This document shows positions 1 to 9,628 of a DNA stretch of 64,000 nt, one piece after another. A program made the position numbers and the translations under genes. This DNA is from Acutalibacteraceae bacterium (GTDB lineage: Bacteria; Bacillota; Clostridia; Oscillospirales; Acutalibacteraceae): NCBI GenBank assembly GCA_045603665.1, contig JAZUMO010000090.1, positions 3,503 through 67,502 on the forward strand. Direction: 5' to 3'. Position 1 is the stretch's first letter. Every line of letters begins with the position of its first letter. Under the pieces are notes generated by a model, which saw only the letters and a program-made list of their open reading frames with translations, ran no database searches and was not told where the DNA came from.

Positions 1-2
1 TC

Positions 3-1559
3 AAGTGGCTTAAGGAAAGGAACCTCAGAATTACCGTAAACCTTCACCCTGCACAAGGCATCCGTTTCTTTGAAGATATGTATGAGGATGTTGCAAAGGC
101 AATGGGTGTTGATCCCACGACAAAGAAAAGAATCGAATTTGACTTCACCGATCCGAAATATATCGATGCTTACTTCAATCTTGTTCACAAGCCTTATGAA
201 GATGACGGCGTGGATTTTTGGTGGATAGACTGGCAGCAAGGTAAAAATACAAAACTTAAAAACCTTGATCCCCTCTGGGCTCTCAATCATTATCACACCC
301 TCGCTAATGAAACAGGAGAAAAAAGACCTCTTATTCTTTCACGTTTTGCTGAGGTCGGCTCACACAGATATCCCCTCGGTTTCTCGGGCGATACCTTTAT
401 CAACTGGGAAAGTCTCGATTTCCAGCCTTACTTCACAAACACAGCCGCAAACATCGGCTACACCTGGTGGAGCCACGATATAGGCGGTCATCAGATGTGC
501 AGCAAAGATGACGAGCTTTATACACGTTGGGTGCAGTACGGTCTTTACAATCCGATTATGAGACTTCACTCCACAAGCAACGAATTTATGGGCAAGGAGC
601 CCTGGAAGCATAATTTCCAGGCCGAGGCAATTGCAACCTCCTGCCTTCGTCAGCGTCACGCTCTCATCCCCTATCTTTACTCCATGAACTATCGCACACA
701 TAAGCACTGTATCGCCCTCTGCGAGCCTATGTATTATGAATATCCAGAAGCACCCGAAGCTTATAAGGTCAGAAATCAGTACTTATTCGGCTCAGAGCTT
801 CTCGTTGCTCCCATCACGCAGAAGGCAGATCCAAAAACCTTCCTCGCTTCTGTAAAGGTATGGCTTCCCGAAGGAAGATGGACCGATATTTACACCGGTG
901 CAATTTATAACGGCGGTCAGATGATTACTATGTATCGCGGTATTGAAAGTATTCCTGTTCTTGCAAAGGAGGGTGCAATCATTCCTCTTTCAGCCAACGA
1001 CAGAGATAATTCAAGCGACAACCCTAAGGATATGATCCTTCGTATTTACAGAGGAAATAACAGCTTTGAGCTTTATGAAGACGACGGAATCAGCAACGAA
1101 TTCAAAAACGGTAATTTCGCAATTACTAAATACACCGTCGCCGAAAGAAACAGAGAGCTCATCTTTAATATCTGTCCTGCAGAAGGAAACTGCTCAACAG
1201 TTCCGGCAAGAAGAAATTACACTCTCGTTTTTGAAGATATCACCGACGCATCCGATATCAGCATAAAGGTAAACGGAAAAGCCGCCAATGCTGAAATCAA
1301 AAAGCTTAAGGGCAAAATTGAAATCACACTCAAGGGTATTTCACCCAAGGCTGCTGCAGAAATTATCTTTACATCCTTTACTGCAAGGAAAAACCGCTGC
1401 AAGAGAGAAATGGTCATTGAGCTTGTCACAAAGTATCAGCTCTCAGTAAATCTCAAGAAAATGAAATATAACTCCTTCCTTAAGGACGTGAGCGGAGAAA
1501 TTCCCGTAAAAGAAGAATGCTTCAGAGGTCCAATTGAGGAAGTTCAGAAGATGGCATAA
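3..1559 (+). CDS. Glycoside hydrolase family 31 enzyme (alpha-glucosidase/alpha-xylosidase-like); N-terminus lies outside the window
   Basis: The frame is open from nt 3 to the first ATG at 78 (KWLKERNLRITVNLHPAQG...), so the gene starts upstream of the window. WWIDWQQG and WSHDIGGH are GH31 catalytic-barrel signatures. Stop at 1559. Confidence 0.8.
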   Translation, partial: KWLKERNLRITVNLHPAQGIRFFEDMYEDVAKAMGVDPTTKKRIEFDFTDPKYIDAYFNLVHKPYEDDGVDFWWIDWQQGKNTKLKNLDPLWALNHYHTLANETGEKRPLILSRFAEVGSHRYPLGFSGDTFINWESLDFQPYFTNTAANIGYTWWSHDIGGHQMCSKDDELYTRWVQYGLYNPIMRLHSTSNEFMGKEPWKHNFQAEAIATSCLRQRHALIPYLYSMNYRTHKHCIALCEPMYYEYPEAPEAYKVRNQYLFGSELLVAPITQKADPKTFLASVKVWLPEGRWTDIYTGAIYNGGQMITMYRGIESIPVLAKEGAIIPLSANDRDNSSDNPKDMILRIYRGNNSFELYEDDGISNEFKNGNFAITKYTVAERNRELIFNICPAEGNCSTVPARRNYTLVFEDITDASDISIKVNGKAANAEIKKLKGKIEITLKGISPKAAAEIIFTSFTARKNRCKREMVIELVTKYQLSVNLKKMKYNSFLKDVSGEIPVKEECFRGPIEEVQKMA

Positions 1560-1579
1560 AATAAAAAGGAGGATTTAGA

Positions 1580-3415
1580 ATGAAAAGAATATCGATAAAG
1601 CTTTTACACGGTATTATTCTTTCTCTGTTCATCTTTCTGTTTACGACCAACGCCCTGGCGGGTGAGGTTTATACACACAATCTCATATACCAGTATGAGA
1701 AAGAATATTCAGAGGCAATGTTCGTAAAATACCTCGGAACGGGAACTTCTGTATATGTCCCTTCTTATATGGGCGGTTATCCCGTAACCTCTGTTGTAAG
1801 ACCTGCCTTTGAAAACAATAAAACCGTTGAAAGCGTCACTTTACCTTATACTGTAGAAGAGCTTGGAAACCATACCTTTTATAAAAGCACAGCGCTTAAA
1901 ACTGTCGATATGAGCAATTGCAGTAAGCTTACAAAAATCGGTGCTAACTGCTTTAACGGCTGTAAGAGTCTGACAACAGTCAAGCTTCCCAACAGTGTGT
2001 CACAGATCAGCTCAAATGCTTTTACGGATTGTACGTCTCTTGTCAGCATAACCTTGCCTAACAGTATCCGCTCCCTCGGCACCTCTGTTTTCAGCGGATG
2101 CAGTAAGCTTTCAAGCATAACTTTGCCGAGCAGTCTTACAACTCTCAGCTCCTTCACCTTCTCCTCCTGCTACGCACTCAAGGAGGTAAGACTTTCCGCA
2201 GGTATGAAAACAATCAGCTCAAATGCTTTCTTCAACTGCTACAGTATTGAAAGCCTGTATATTCCGAAAACACTCACAACCATAAACACTGATGCCTTCA
2301 ACTGTTCTTCAGTAAAAAACATTTATTATGCAGGCTCGAAGGCAGAATGGAACAGCATATCTATTGCAGAAAACAATAAAAGTGTTTTATCAAAGGCAAC
2401 CATCCATTATCTCGGTGAGCCTCATGTCCATGAGCATAAGAAAACCGTTACACCCGCATCCTGTACAGCTGACGGAAAAACAATCTACAGATGTGATTGC
2501 GGAAACACCTACTCAGAGATTATTAAAAAGTCAGGACATATTTTTTCAGATGTTCCGGCAGAAAAAGCAACAATGAAAAAAGACGGTCTTTCATTAAGAT
2601 ATTGCAAAAACTGTTCATATTCAGAGAAAAGAAATATTTATGCAATATCTCAAGTCACACTTGCAGCGGACAAATTTACCTATAATGGAAAAAACTGTGT
2701 TCCCGATGTAACAGTTAAGGACAGTAAGGGCATCTCATTAAAGAAAAACAGTGATTATATCCTTACATATCCTAAAATCTCAAAGGCTGCAGGTACATAC
2801 ACTGTCACAGTAACCTTCAAGGGCAATTATTCAGGCTCGAAAAAGCTCACCTACAAGGTTGTCCCTGACAAGCCCGGAAAACTCACAGCAGATACATCGG
2901 CTTCCGCTATCAAGCTTAAATGGTCGGCTGTCAAAGGAGCCAACGGATACAAAATTTACATTTACAACTCAAAGGGAAAGCTGCAATACACCGAAACAAC
3001 CGCAAAAACAGCCTTCAAGTTCACCGGCTTAAAGAAAGCTACGGTCTATAAATTCAAGATCAAGGCATATATTAAGTCCGGTAAAAATAAAATATGGTCG
3101 GATGCCACGGGATATTTTACAACTGCGACCTCGCCCTCGGCGCCATTACTCAAGGCTGTCGGTGAAAAAGGAAGGGTAAAGCTTTCCTGGACAAAGCAAA
3201 AGGGTGCGGACGGTTACATTGTTTATATGTCAGCCGATAAAAACGGTAAATTCAAATCCGTCTCAAACGAAGAAGGCGTCGCTAATCTTAGCATGACAAA
3301 AAAGGGACTTAAAAACAAAAAGAATTACTTCTTTAAGGTAAGAGCATATAAGCTTGCAGGGAAAGCAAAAATTTACAGCAGTTATTCAAAAGTAGTCAAA
3401 GTGAAAACAAAATAA
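1580..3415 (+). CDS. Secreted surface protein: signal peptide, BspA-type leucine-rich repeats, Cys-repeat modules, Ig-like region, two fibronectin type III domains
   Basis: RBS AAAGGAGG lies upstream. Signal peptide MKRISIKLLHGIILSLFIFLFTTNALA. Repeated ~22-aa LRR units (L..I.LP.S...IG..AF..C..L). Fn3 signatures LKWSAVKGANGYKIYIYN and LSWTKQKGADGYIVYM. Confidence 0.85.
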   Translation: MKRISIKLLHGIILSLFIFLFTTNALAGEVYTHNLIYQYEKEYSEAMFVKYLGTGTSVYVPSYMGGYPVTSVVRPAFENNKTVESVTLPYTVEELGNHTFYKSTALKTVDMSNCSKLTKIGANCFNGCKSLTTVKLPNSVSQISSNAFTDCTSLVSITLPNSIRSLGTSVFSGCSKLSSITLPSSLTTLSSFTFSSCYALKEVRLSAGMKTISSNAFFNCYSIESLYIPKTLTTINTDAFNCSSVKNIYYAGSKAEWNSISIAENNKSVLSKATIHYLGEPHVHEHKKTVTPASCTADGKTIYRCDCGNTYSEIIKKSGHIFSDVPAEKATMKKDGLSLRYCKNCSYSEKRNIYAISQVTLAADKFTYNGKNCVPDVTVKDSKGISLKKNSDYILTYPKISKAAGTYTVTVTFKGNYSGSKKLTYKVVPDKPGKLTADTSASAIKLKWSAVKGANGYKIYIYNSKGKLQYTETTAKTAFKFTGLKKATVYKFKIKAYIKSGKNKIWSDATGYFTTATSPSAPLLKAVGEKGRVKLSWTKQKGADGYIVYMSADKNGKFKSVSNEEGVANLSMTKKGLKNKKNYFFKVRAYKLAGKAKIYSSYSKVVKVKTK

Positions 3416-3433
3416 GTTTTAAATTAAAGACCT

Positions 3434-3473
3434 AAAAAAAGAGAACCGATCAACGAAAGTCGGTTCTCTTTAA
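3434..3473. terminator. Bidirectional rho-independent terminator between convergent genes
   Basis: AAAAAAAGAGAACCGA-tcaacgaaag-TCGGTTCTCTTTAATT: a 10-bp stem flanked by an A-run and a T-rich tail. Confidence 0.75.
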
Positions 3474-3518
3474 TTATAACAAAAATACAGGTATTCGTCA
3501 GAACACCTGCATCAAAAA

Positions 3519-4445
3519 TTATTTTTTACTGCACTCGAAGCACACCCAACCGCCTTCGGTATGTCTTGCCTCAATCTTAAAGCCGTATTTATCGAACGCG
3601 TCAATAACATCCTGCTCTCTTGTGTCAATGATACCCGAGGTAATAAACACAGCACCGTCCTTCATAAAGGAAGCAACATCCTTACAGAAAAGTATGATTA
3701 CATCAGCGACAATATTTGCAACAACCACATCAAATTTTCCACTGACCTTGTCGGTAAGATTGCCCTGAAGAATGTTATACTTAGGCGGATAAAAATCATT
3801 CGCTTCGCCGTTTTCGATGGCAGTTTTCACTGCAAGTGCGTCAATATCAACACCGGTTACCTCCTTTGCACCGAGAAGAAGCGCAGCTATTGAAAGTATA
3901 CCGCTGCCGCAGCCGATATCAAGAACCGTTGTGTCTTCGTTTATATGCTTTTCAAGAGTTTCGAGACAAAGACGGGTTGTTTCATGTGTGCCCGTACCGA
4001 AAGCAAGTCCCGGCTCAATATTAAGCACCTTACGGTCACCTGCTTCAAACTCATCCTCCCAGGTAGGTCTTATGAGAAGCTTTTCACCTACGGGAATAGG
4101 ATGAAAATACTGCTTCCAGTTATTTTCCCAGTCCTCGTTTTTACATTCATTGAGAATAATTTCGTTTTCAATACCCTCAGCAGTAAAACGCTCACGAAGA
4201 AAAGCAACGGCCTCCGCAGGGTTTTCCTCAGGTGAAATATAAACGTGGATGATTGCTTTAGTTCTGTCCTTACCGAGAAGCTCTTCGTCAATAAGGTCAA
4301 TATGTGCTATTTCCCAGGCTTCAGCCTCAAGGTCACGGTAATCCTCGATATAAATACCGTAGGGCACAACCATCGAAGCTATATCCCCCGCCCTTTCAAC
4401 ATCGTCAGCATTCACACTGATTTTAACTTCGGTCCAGTCACTCAT
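3519..4445 (-). CDS. prmA: Ribosomal protein L11 methyltransferase
   Basis: 308 aa. FGTGTHETTRLCLE and VLDIGCGSGILSIAA (SAM-binding) motifs; overall PrmA layout. Confidence 0.9.
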   Translation of the reverse strand: MSDWTEVKISVNADDVERAGDIASMVVPYGIYIEDYRDLEAEAWEIAHIDLIDEELLGKDRTKAIIHVYISPEENPAEAVAFLRERFTAEGIENEIILNECKNEDWENNWKQYFHPIPVGEKLLIRPTWEDEFEAGDRKVLNIEPGLAFGTGTHETTRLCLETLEKHINEDTTVLDIGCGSGILSIAALLLGAKEVTGVDIDALAVKTAIENGEANDFYPPKYNILQGNLTDKVSGKFDVVVANIVADVIILFCKDVASFMKDGAVFITSGIIDTREQDVIDAFDKYGFKIEARHTEGGWVCFECSKK

Positions 4446-6309
4446 AATAATTCTCCTTTTTAAGTATTACGGCATCAAGCGGACCAAGCTTAACACTTTG
4501 TCCCTGCATTGTGCCACCGAAAACTGCCCTTGAATTACACCATTCATTGGGCAGATAATAATCTATTTCGTGTTCATTACGATTTACTATTACCAAAATG
4601 CTGTCCCTTGTGTCCTTTCTTTCAAAAGCAAGACAGCCCAGCATTTCAGAAACAGTTCTGTATTCCCCTTCCTTAAGGCAGGAACAGCTTTTTCTTACAC
4701 CGCCGAGACTGCGGTAAAAATCAATAAGCTCTCTGTTTTCCTTGCCCCAGGGATAGCAATAACGATTAAAGGGGTCCTTGTAGCCCTCCATACCTGCCTC
4801 ATCACCGTAATAAAGGGAAGGCACACCGGGAAGTGTATACTGAATAACAGCTGCAAGCCTGAGAAGCCTTACACCCTTTTCATACTGTTCGGCTGTGAGA
4901 CGGGTTTTACTTTGCCAGCTTCTGTCTCTGTATTCACAGCTTTCACCTGCAAGCTGAGTAATTGCTCTCATTGTATCGTGAGTGCCGATATGATTCATAA
5001 GAACATCAACAGTACACTTGGGATAATTTTCAAGAATAGTAAGAATCTTATCTGAAAAGCCTTCAACCCTGCCTGTGCGAATAAAGGAATTTATGGCATC
5101 GGCAAAAGGATAATTCATAACGGAATCAAGCTGTCTGCCACCGAAATAGCGCCGTCTTTCACCGTAGCTGAATTTATTTGAAGCATCCTCCCATACCTCA
5201 CCGAGAACAAGCGCCTCGGGATTTTCTGCCTTAACAGCAGCTCTGAAGCGGTCAAGAAAAACATCGGGTAATTCGTCGGCAACATCGAGTCTCCAGCCTC
5301 TTACGCCGGCTCTGAGCCATTTTCTTGCAATACCGTTTTCACCGGTAATAAAATCAAGAAAGCCCTCTGATTCTTCAATTACCTCGGGAAGGATACTGAT
5401 TCCCCACCAGGAATGATACTTGTCAGGATGGTTTATAAATTTGTACCAGCTGTAATATGGAGATTTTTGAGACTGATAAGCACCGACGGAGTTGTATCTG
5501 CCATATTTATTAAAATAAATACTGTCATCACCCGTATGGCTGAATACACCGTCAACGATTACGGAAATTCCCTTTTCCCTTGCTTTTTCACAAAGGGAAA
5601 TAAGGTCATTTTCCGAGCCTAAAAGAGGGTCTATTTTGCTATAATCGGAGGTATCGTATCTGTGGTTGCTCTGTGCTTCAAAAATAGGATTAAGATAAAG
5701 ACAGGTAACACCGAGAGATGATATATAATCAAGCTTTTCCTCAATTCCCTTAAGGTCACCCTGAAAATAATCGTTATTAAGCACCTTGCCATCATTTGTC
5801 GGCTTCCATTCAGGCTCACCAAAAATATCATCACGAAGCTTACGGTCAACGGGCACACCTTTTTTTTCTTCACCCGAAAAATTAAAACGGTCAGGAAAAA
5901 TTTGGTAAAACAGCCCACCCTTAAGCCAGTCAGGTGTTGAAAAATCCTTTGAATAAACAGAAAGCTGCCAATCCTCGTCACCGGAGGACACCTTACCGAG
6001 ACAGTTTCCGCTATGTTTTATGAAGCTTCTGCCCCAGGCAGTATCATATTCAAAATGATAAAAGTAAATATCAGGCCTTTTTGCCGTGTAGCCGAGTGCC
6101 CACCATTCCTCATTATCACCTTCCATAGAAAACCATTTCAAAGGAAGATATTCATAGTCGCCCTTATCGCTTTTAATTACAAGGTCAACACCGGTAACAC
6201 CGAAGGAACGAGGCATAATAACCTTGAAAACTATGCTTTCATCCTCTTTAAGAGCGCCGAATTTACTTTTATGAAGAGTATTGCGTGAATTGTAAGGGAT
6301 AAAATCCAT
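4438..6309 (-). CDS. GH13 alpha-amylase-family enzyme (neopullulanase/cyclomaltodextrinase-like alpha-glycosidase)
   Basis: GH13 conserved regions DGVFSHTG, GWRLDVADE, EVWE and NHIGTHD. RBS AAAGGA sits 8 nt before the second ATG (MDFIPYNS), so the start is moved from 6318 to 6309. The gene overlaps the prmA start by 8 nt. Confidence 0.85.
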   Translation of the reverse strand: MDFIPYNSRNTLHKSKFGALKEDESIVFKVIMPRSFGVTGVDLVIKSDKGDYEYLPLKWFSMEGDNEEWWALGYTAKRPDIYFYHFEYDTAWGRSFIKHSGNCLGKVSSGDEDWQLSVYSKDFSTPDWLKGGLFYQIFPDRFNFSGEEKKGVPVDRKLRDDIFGEPEWKPTNDGKVLNNDYFQGDLKGIEEKLDYISSLGVTCLYLNPIFEAQSNHRYDTSDYSKIDPLLGSENDLISLCEKAREKGISVIVDGVFSHTGDDSIYFNKYGRYNSVGAYQSQKSPYYSWYKFINHPDKYHSWWGISILPEVIEESEGFLDFITGENGIARKWLRAGVRGWRLDVADELPDVFLDRFRAAVKAENPEALVLGEVWEDASNKFSYGERRRYFGGRQLDSVMNYPFADAINSFIRTGRVEGFSDKILTILENYPKCTVDVLMNHIGTHDTMRAITQLAGESCEYRDRSWQSKTRLTAEQYEKGVRLLRLAAVIQYTLPGVPSLYYGDEAGMEGYKDPFNRYCYPWGKENRELIDFYRSLGGVRKSCSCLKEGEYRTVSEMLGCLAFERKDTRDSILVIVNRNEHEIDYYLPNEWCNSRAVFGGTMQGQSVKLGPLDAVILKKENYYE

Positions 6310-6399
6310 AAGACACATCCTTTAGATGAGTTGTAAGTTCTAACTTTATAATTCAAACATATAATTTTATCAAAGAAATAATGATTGGTGGATAAAATT

Positions 6400-6897
6400 A
6401 TGTTTGTTGTTTCCGTAAAATCCGATAAGGCAATAAAAATTGCGCTCTGTGTACTGCTCGTCTGCGCCCTTTCGATAGGTGCGATAATGTCCGTTGCAAA
6501 AAACAAAGCATTGCCCGCAAGCAATATCGACACAATCACAATGAAAGCCGAAACACATAAGGAAAGAATGACCTTCTTTTCACAATTCGGCTGGAAAATT
6601 GATGAAAATCCCGTCCTTGTAAAGGAGGTTATAATTCCCTCTGAGTTCGACGAAACCTATGAGGATTACAACGATATTCAACGTCAGCAGAATCTTGACC
6701 TTGAAAAATACAAGGGCGCAAGAGTCAAAATGTGGAGCTATGACATACTTAATTACCCGGGCTATGAAGACACCGACGGAATAATAAGAGGAAACATTCT
6801 TGTATATGAAGGAGTCGTAATAGGCGGGGATATATGCTCAAATGAGCTCGGCGGCTTTATGCACACCTTCTCCATGCCTACAGAAGATAATCCTTGA
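6400..6897 (+). CDS. Membrane-anchored hypothetical protein (DUF4830-like)
   Basis: The track ORF starts at a TTG. ATG at 6400 is preceded by GGTGGA plus 7 nt. N-terminal TM segment IALCVLLVCALSIGAIM. Family assignment is from memory of similar Clostridia proteins. Confidence 0.6.
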   Translation: MFVVSVKSDKAIKIALCVLLVCALSIGAIMSVAKNKALPASNIDTITMKAETHKERMTFFSQFGWKIDENPVLVKEVIIPSEFDETYEDYNDIQRQQNLDLEKYKGARVKMWSYDILNYPGYEDTDGIIRGNILVYEGVVIGGDICSNELGGFMHTFSMPTEDNP

Positions 6898-8125
6898 TTT
6901 CATTTATAAGACTGATTTCAACGGTGGCTTTCATATAAAGACCGTCATCACGGTATTCTTCAAATTCAACCACACCCTCTTTTCTTATTCTTGCTGCGAC
7001 TGCTCCCGCTGAAAAAGGAATAAGAAATTCGGCCTTTCTTCTCGTCGGAGGAAGCTCCTTAAGAATAGCCTCAAGAAGCTCATCAAAGCCTTTACCCTCG
7101 AGAGCAGAAATCATTACGGTTTTACCGAAGGTGGGCATCGAATAAATGTCCCCCACAAGGTCACATTTATTCATAACCGAAATAATTGGCTTTCCTGTAC
7201 AGCCAAGCTCCTCAAGAAGATTTTTTGTAACCTCTAAATGCTCTGCACTATGCTCATCGGAAGCATCACAGACATTGAGAATAATTGTCGCCTGAGCAGC
7301 CTCCTCGAGAGTAGATTTGAATGCCTCAACCAATTTATGAGGAAGGCGGCGGATCAGACCAACTGTATCAACAAGCATAACCTGTCTGCCGTCGGGAAGG
7401 GTTAGAGCTCTTGATGTTGGGTCGAGCGTAGCGAAAAGCTTGTTTTCGGCAAGGACACCTGCATCTGTCAGTGCATTCATAAGAGTTGACTTTCCTGCAT
7501 TGGTATAGCCGACGATGGCTACAGTCTGCACTCCGTCCTTTTCTCTTCTCTTTCGCATCTGATTGCGTCGTTTTTCGAGATGCTCAAGCTCTTCCTGGAG
7601 CTTCTGTATTCTTCGTCTTATATGTCTTTTGTCGCTTTCAAGCTTGGTTTCACCGGGGCCTCTTGTACCGATACCGCCACCAAGTCTTGAAAGTGATGTA
7701 CCCTGACCTGCAAGTCGGGGAAGCTGATATTTAAGCTGGGCAAGCTCTACCTGAAGCTTACCCTCGCTCGTTCTTGCTCTCATAGCAAAAATATCAAGAA
7801 TAAGCATCGTGCGGTCAATAACTCTTACTGAGGTAAGCTTTTCAAGGTTTCTTTGCTGAGACGGAGAAAGCTCACTGTCAAAAATAAGAAGATCAACCTC
7901 ACTGCTGCGACAAAAGGTAATAATCTCTGCGAGCTTACCAACACCGACAAAGGTAGCCTTTTCGGGGACTTCCTTTTTTTGTATCACCTTGCCGACAACC
8001 TGTGCACCGGCGGTATATGCAAGCTCCTCAAGCTCATCAATAGAGGCTTCAGCGTCAAATTCACCTGTGTCCACGCTTACAAGAAGAGCCTTTTCCTGTT
8101 CAGTTCTGTTTTCATACATTGGCAT
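6878..8125 (-). CDS. hflX: GTPase HflX
   Basis: G-domain motifs GYTNAGKST, DTVG and NKCD; the HflX N-terminal domain has a glycine-rich segment LSRLGGGIGTRGPGE. The track start at 8128 is TTG. ATG at 8125 follows AAGGTGG plus 7 nt. Confidence 0.9.
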   Translation of the reverse strand: MPMYENRTEQEKALLVSVDTGEFDAEASIDELEELAYTAGAQVVGKVIQKKEVPEKATFVGVGKLAEIITFCRSSEVDLLIFDSELSPSQQRNLEKLTSVRVIDRTMLILDIFAMRARTSEGKLQVELAQLKYQLPRLAGQGTSLSRLGGGIGTRGPGETKLESDKRHIRRRIQKLQEELEHLEKRRNQMRKRREKDGVQTVAIVGYTNAGKSTLMNALTDAGVLAENKLFATLDPTSRALTLPDGRQVMLVDTVGLIRRLPHKLVEAFKSTLEEAAQATIILNVCDASDEHSAEHLEVTKNLLEELGCTGKPIISVMNKCDLVGDIYSMPTFGKTVMISALEGKGFDELLEAILKELPPTRRKAEFLIPFSAGAVAARIRKEGVVEFEEYRDDGLYMKATVEISLINEIKDYLL

Positions 8126-8148
8126 CAATATACCACCTTAAATAACAA

Positions 8149-9213
8149 TTATAAAACAATAAGCTTCTTTTCGCACTCGGTGAGATTTCTGTTTCCTTCG
8201 GCAGTAACAAGAGCCATATCCTCAATTCTTACGCCGAATTCACCGGGAAGATAAATACCGGGCTCAACAGTCACAATATGGCCTTCCTTAAGAACAGCCT
8301 TGCTTGAAGGATTAAGAGAAGGCAGCTCGTGAATTTCAACACCGACACCGTGTCCGAGACCGTGTCCGAAGAAATCACCGTAACCCTTGTCAGAGATAAT
8401 CTTTCTCGAAAGCGCATCAACATCCTTGCAGTTCACACCTGGCTTTACAGCCTCAAGGCCTGCCAGCTGTGCATTGAGTACAGTTTCATAAACCTCAATC
8501 TGCTTTGAGGAAACCTCGCCTACTGCAACAGTTCTTGTCATATCGGAATGATAGAACTCAGTTGTTGCACCGTAGTCCATAGTAATAAAATCACCGTTTT
8601 CGATTTTTTTATCCGTGGGAACACCGTGAGGAAGTGAGCTGTTTTTACCGCTGACACAGATGGTTTCAAAGGAAAGACCGTCAGCGCCGTTTTTAAGCAT
8701 AAAATATTCAAGCTCAAGAGCAACCTCTTTTTCGGTTTTATCAGTAGAAATAAAGCCTAAAATATAATCAAAGGCTTTTTCGGCAATTCTCTGTGCCTTG
8801 ACAATCTTTGCTGTTTCAGCTTTATTTTTAACAGTTCTTATTTCACTGACAGCCTTATCAAGCTCACCGTCACAGATGATTTCGGTAAAATCAAAAAGCT
8901 TCTTTACTTCGTTGAATCTTGAAACTGTTATTCTTTCGCTTTCGGTTTCAAGCTTTTTAATGTCAAGCTTTTTAAGGAGAGGTACAAGGTCGGATTCCAT
9001 TGATTTGATCTGCAAAATTTCGTCACAGCTTGTGATTTTATTCTGCGCCGCCTCAATGTAACGGGAGTCCGTAAGAAAATAGGCCTCATCCCCTGTTACA
9101 AGAAGATAACCGTTGGTTGAATGGAAAGAAGTGAAATAGCAGATGTTTTCTTCACTCATAATAAGTGCAGCACTACCCTTTTCTTTAAGATATGCTTTAA
9201 GTTTGTTAATCAT
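8149..9213 (-). CDS. Xaa-Pro aminopeptidase/dipeptidase (peptidase M24B)
   Basis: 354 aa. Creatinase-like N-domain plus the M24 metal-ligand region HGLGHGVGVEIHE...EPGIY...GVRIED. RBS AAGGAAGG. Confidence 0.85.
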   Translation of the reverse strand: MINKLKAYLKEKGSAALIMSEENICYFTSFHSTNGYLLVTGDEAYFLTDSRYIEAAQNKITSCDEILQIKSMESDLVPLLKKLDIKKLETESERITVSRFNEVKKLFDFTEIICDGELDKAVSEIRTVKNKAETAKIVKAQRIAEKAFDYILGFISTDKTEKEVALELEYFMLKNGADGLSFETICVSGKNSSLPHGVPTDKKIENGDFITMDYGATTEFYHSDMTRTVAVGEVSSKQIEVYETVLNAQLAGLEAVKPGVNCKDVDALSRKIISDKGYGDFFGHGLGHGVGVEIHELPSLNPSSKAVLKEGHIVTVEPGIYLPGEFGVRIEDMALVTAEGNRNLTECEKKLIVL

Positions 9214-9240
9214 AGGTATTACCTTCCTTTAGCAAAAAGT

Positions 9241-9281
9241 AAAAAAATCACCCAAAGGTATTAAGCCCTCGGGTGATTTTT
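9241..9281 (-). terminator. Rho-independent terminator downstream of rpsU
   Basis: Minus strand: AAAAATCACCC-gagggcttaataccttt-GGGTGATTTTTTT. Confidence 0.7.
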
Positions 9282-9290
9282 GCAATTCAA

Positions 9291-9468
9291 TTACTTAAAT
9301 TTACGCTTACGAGCAGCTTCAGACTTCTTTTTTCTTGCTACTGAAGGCTTTTCATAGTGTTCTCTTTTACGAACTTCCTGAATGATACCATCGCGTGAAG
9401 TCTGTCTCTTAAAACGTCTGAGAGCGCTGTCGAGTGACTCGTTCTCTTTAACTTTTACCTGACTCATT
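9291..9468 (-). pseudogene. rpsU: 30S ribosomal protein S21 gene interrupted by a 1-nt frameshift (or an assembly indel)
   Basis: The minus strand from 9468 reads [16 protein letters not shown], then QTF-stop. Shifted by one base, the rest reads [42 protein letters not shown]-stop at 9291. The span is 178 nt, which is not a multiple of 3. The gene is too short to appear in the ORF track. Confidence 0.7.
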
Positions 9469-9526
9469 TATATTTCCCTCCCTTACCTGTTAGCAGGGGT
9501 ATATTTCCGTTAAGGATACGAAAAAT

Positions 9527-9555
9527 ATTATACATTATAGAATTGCAGTTGTCAA
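9527..9555 (-). promoter_or_regulatory. Consensus sigma-70/SigA promoter for rpsU
   Basis: Minus strand TTGACA, 17 nt, TATAAT (perfect hexamers), about 60 nt upstream of the rpsU ATG. Confidence 0.75.
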
Positions 9556-9628
9556 GAGAATTTTTCAAACAATAACAAGATATTTGCACCGTTTTTTAAT
9601 TTTTTTGAGAAAAAAACGATAATTTATC

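Noticed and set aside
6878-6897. 20-nt convergent overlap of the 3' ends of hflX and the DUF4830-like gene.
   Set aside because: The overlap is real in the sequence, but it is an ordinary tail-to-tail arrangement. No terminator fits between the genes, and I see no evidence of special function.
9405-9425. Programmed +1 frameshift at UUU-UAA-G rescuing rpsU (prfB-like).
   Set aside because: Slippage on the U4 run would restore the length but would give ...ALQTFKRQ... in place of the invariant ...ALRRFKRQ.... The conserved RRF is encoded exactly in the shifted frame, which points to a simple 1-nt insertion or error upstream. No stimulatory SD-like sequence precedes the site.
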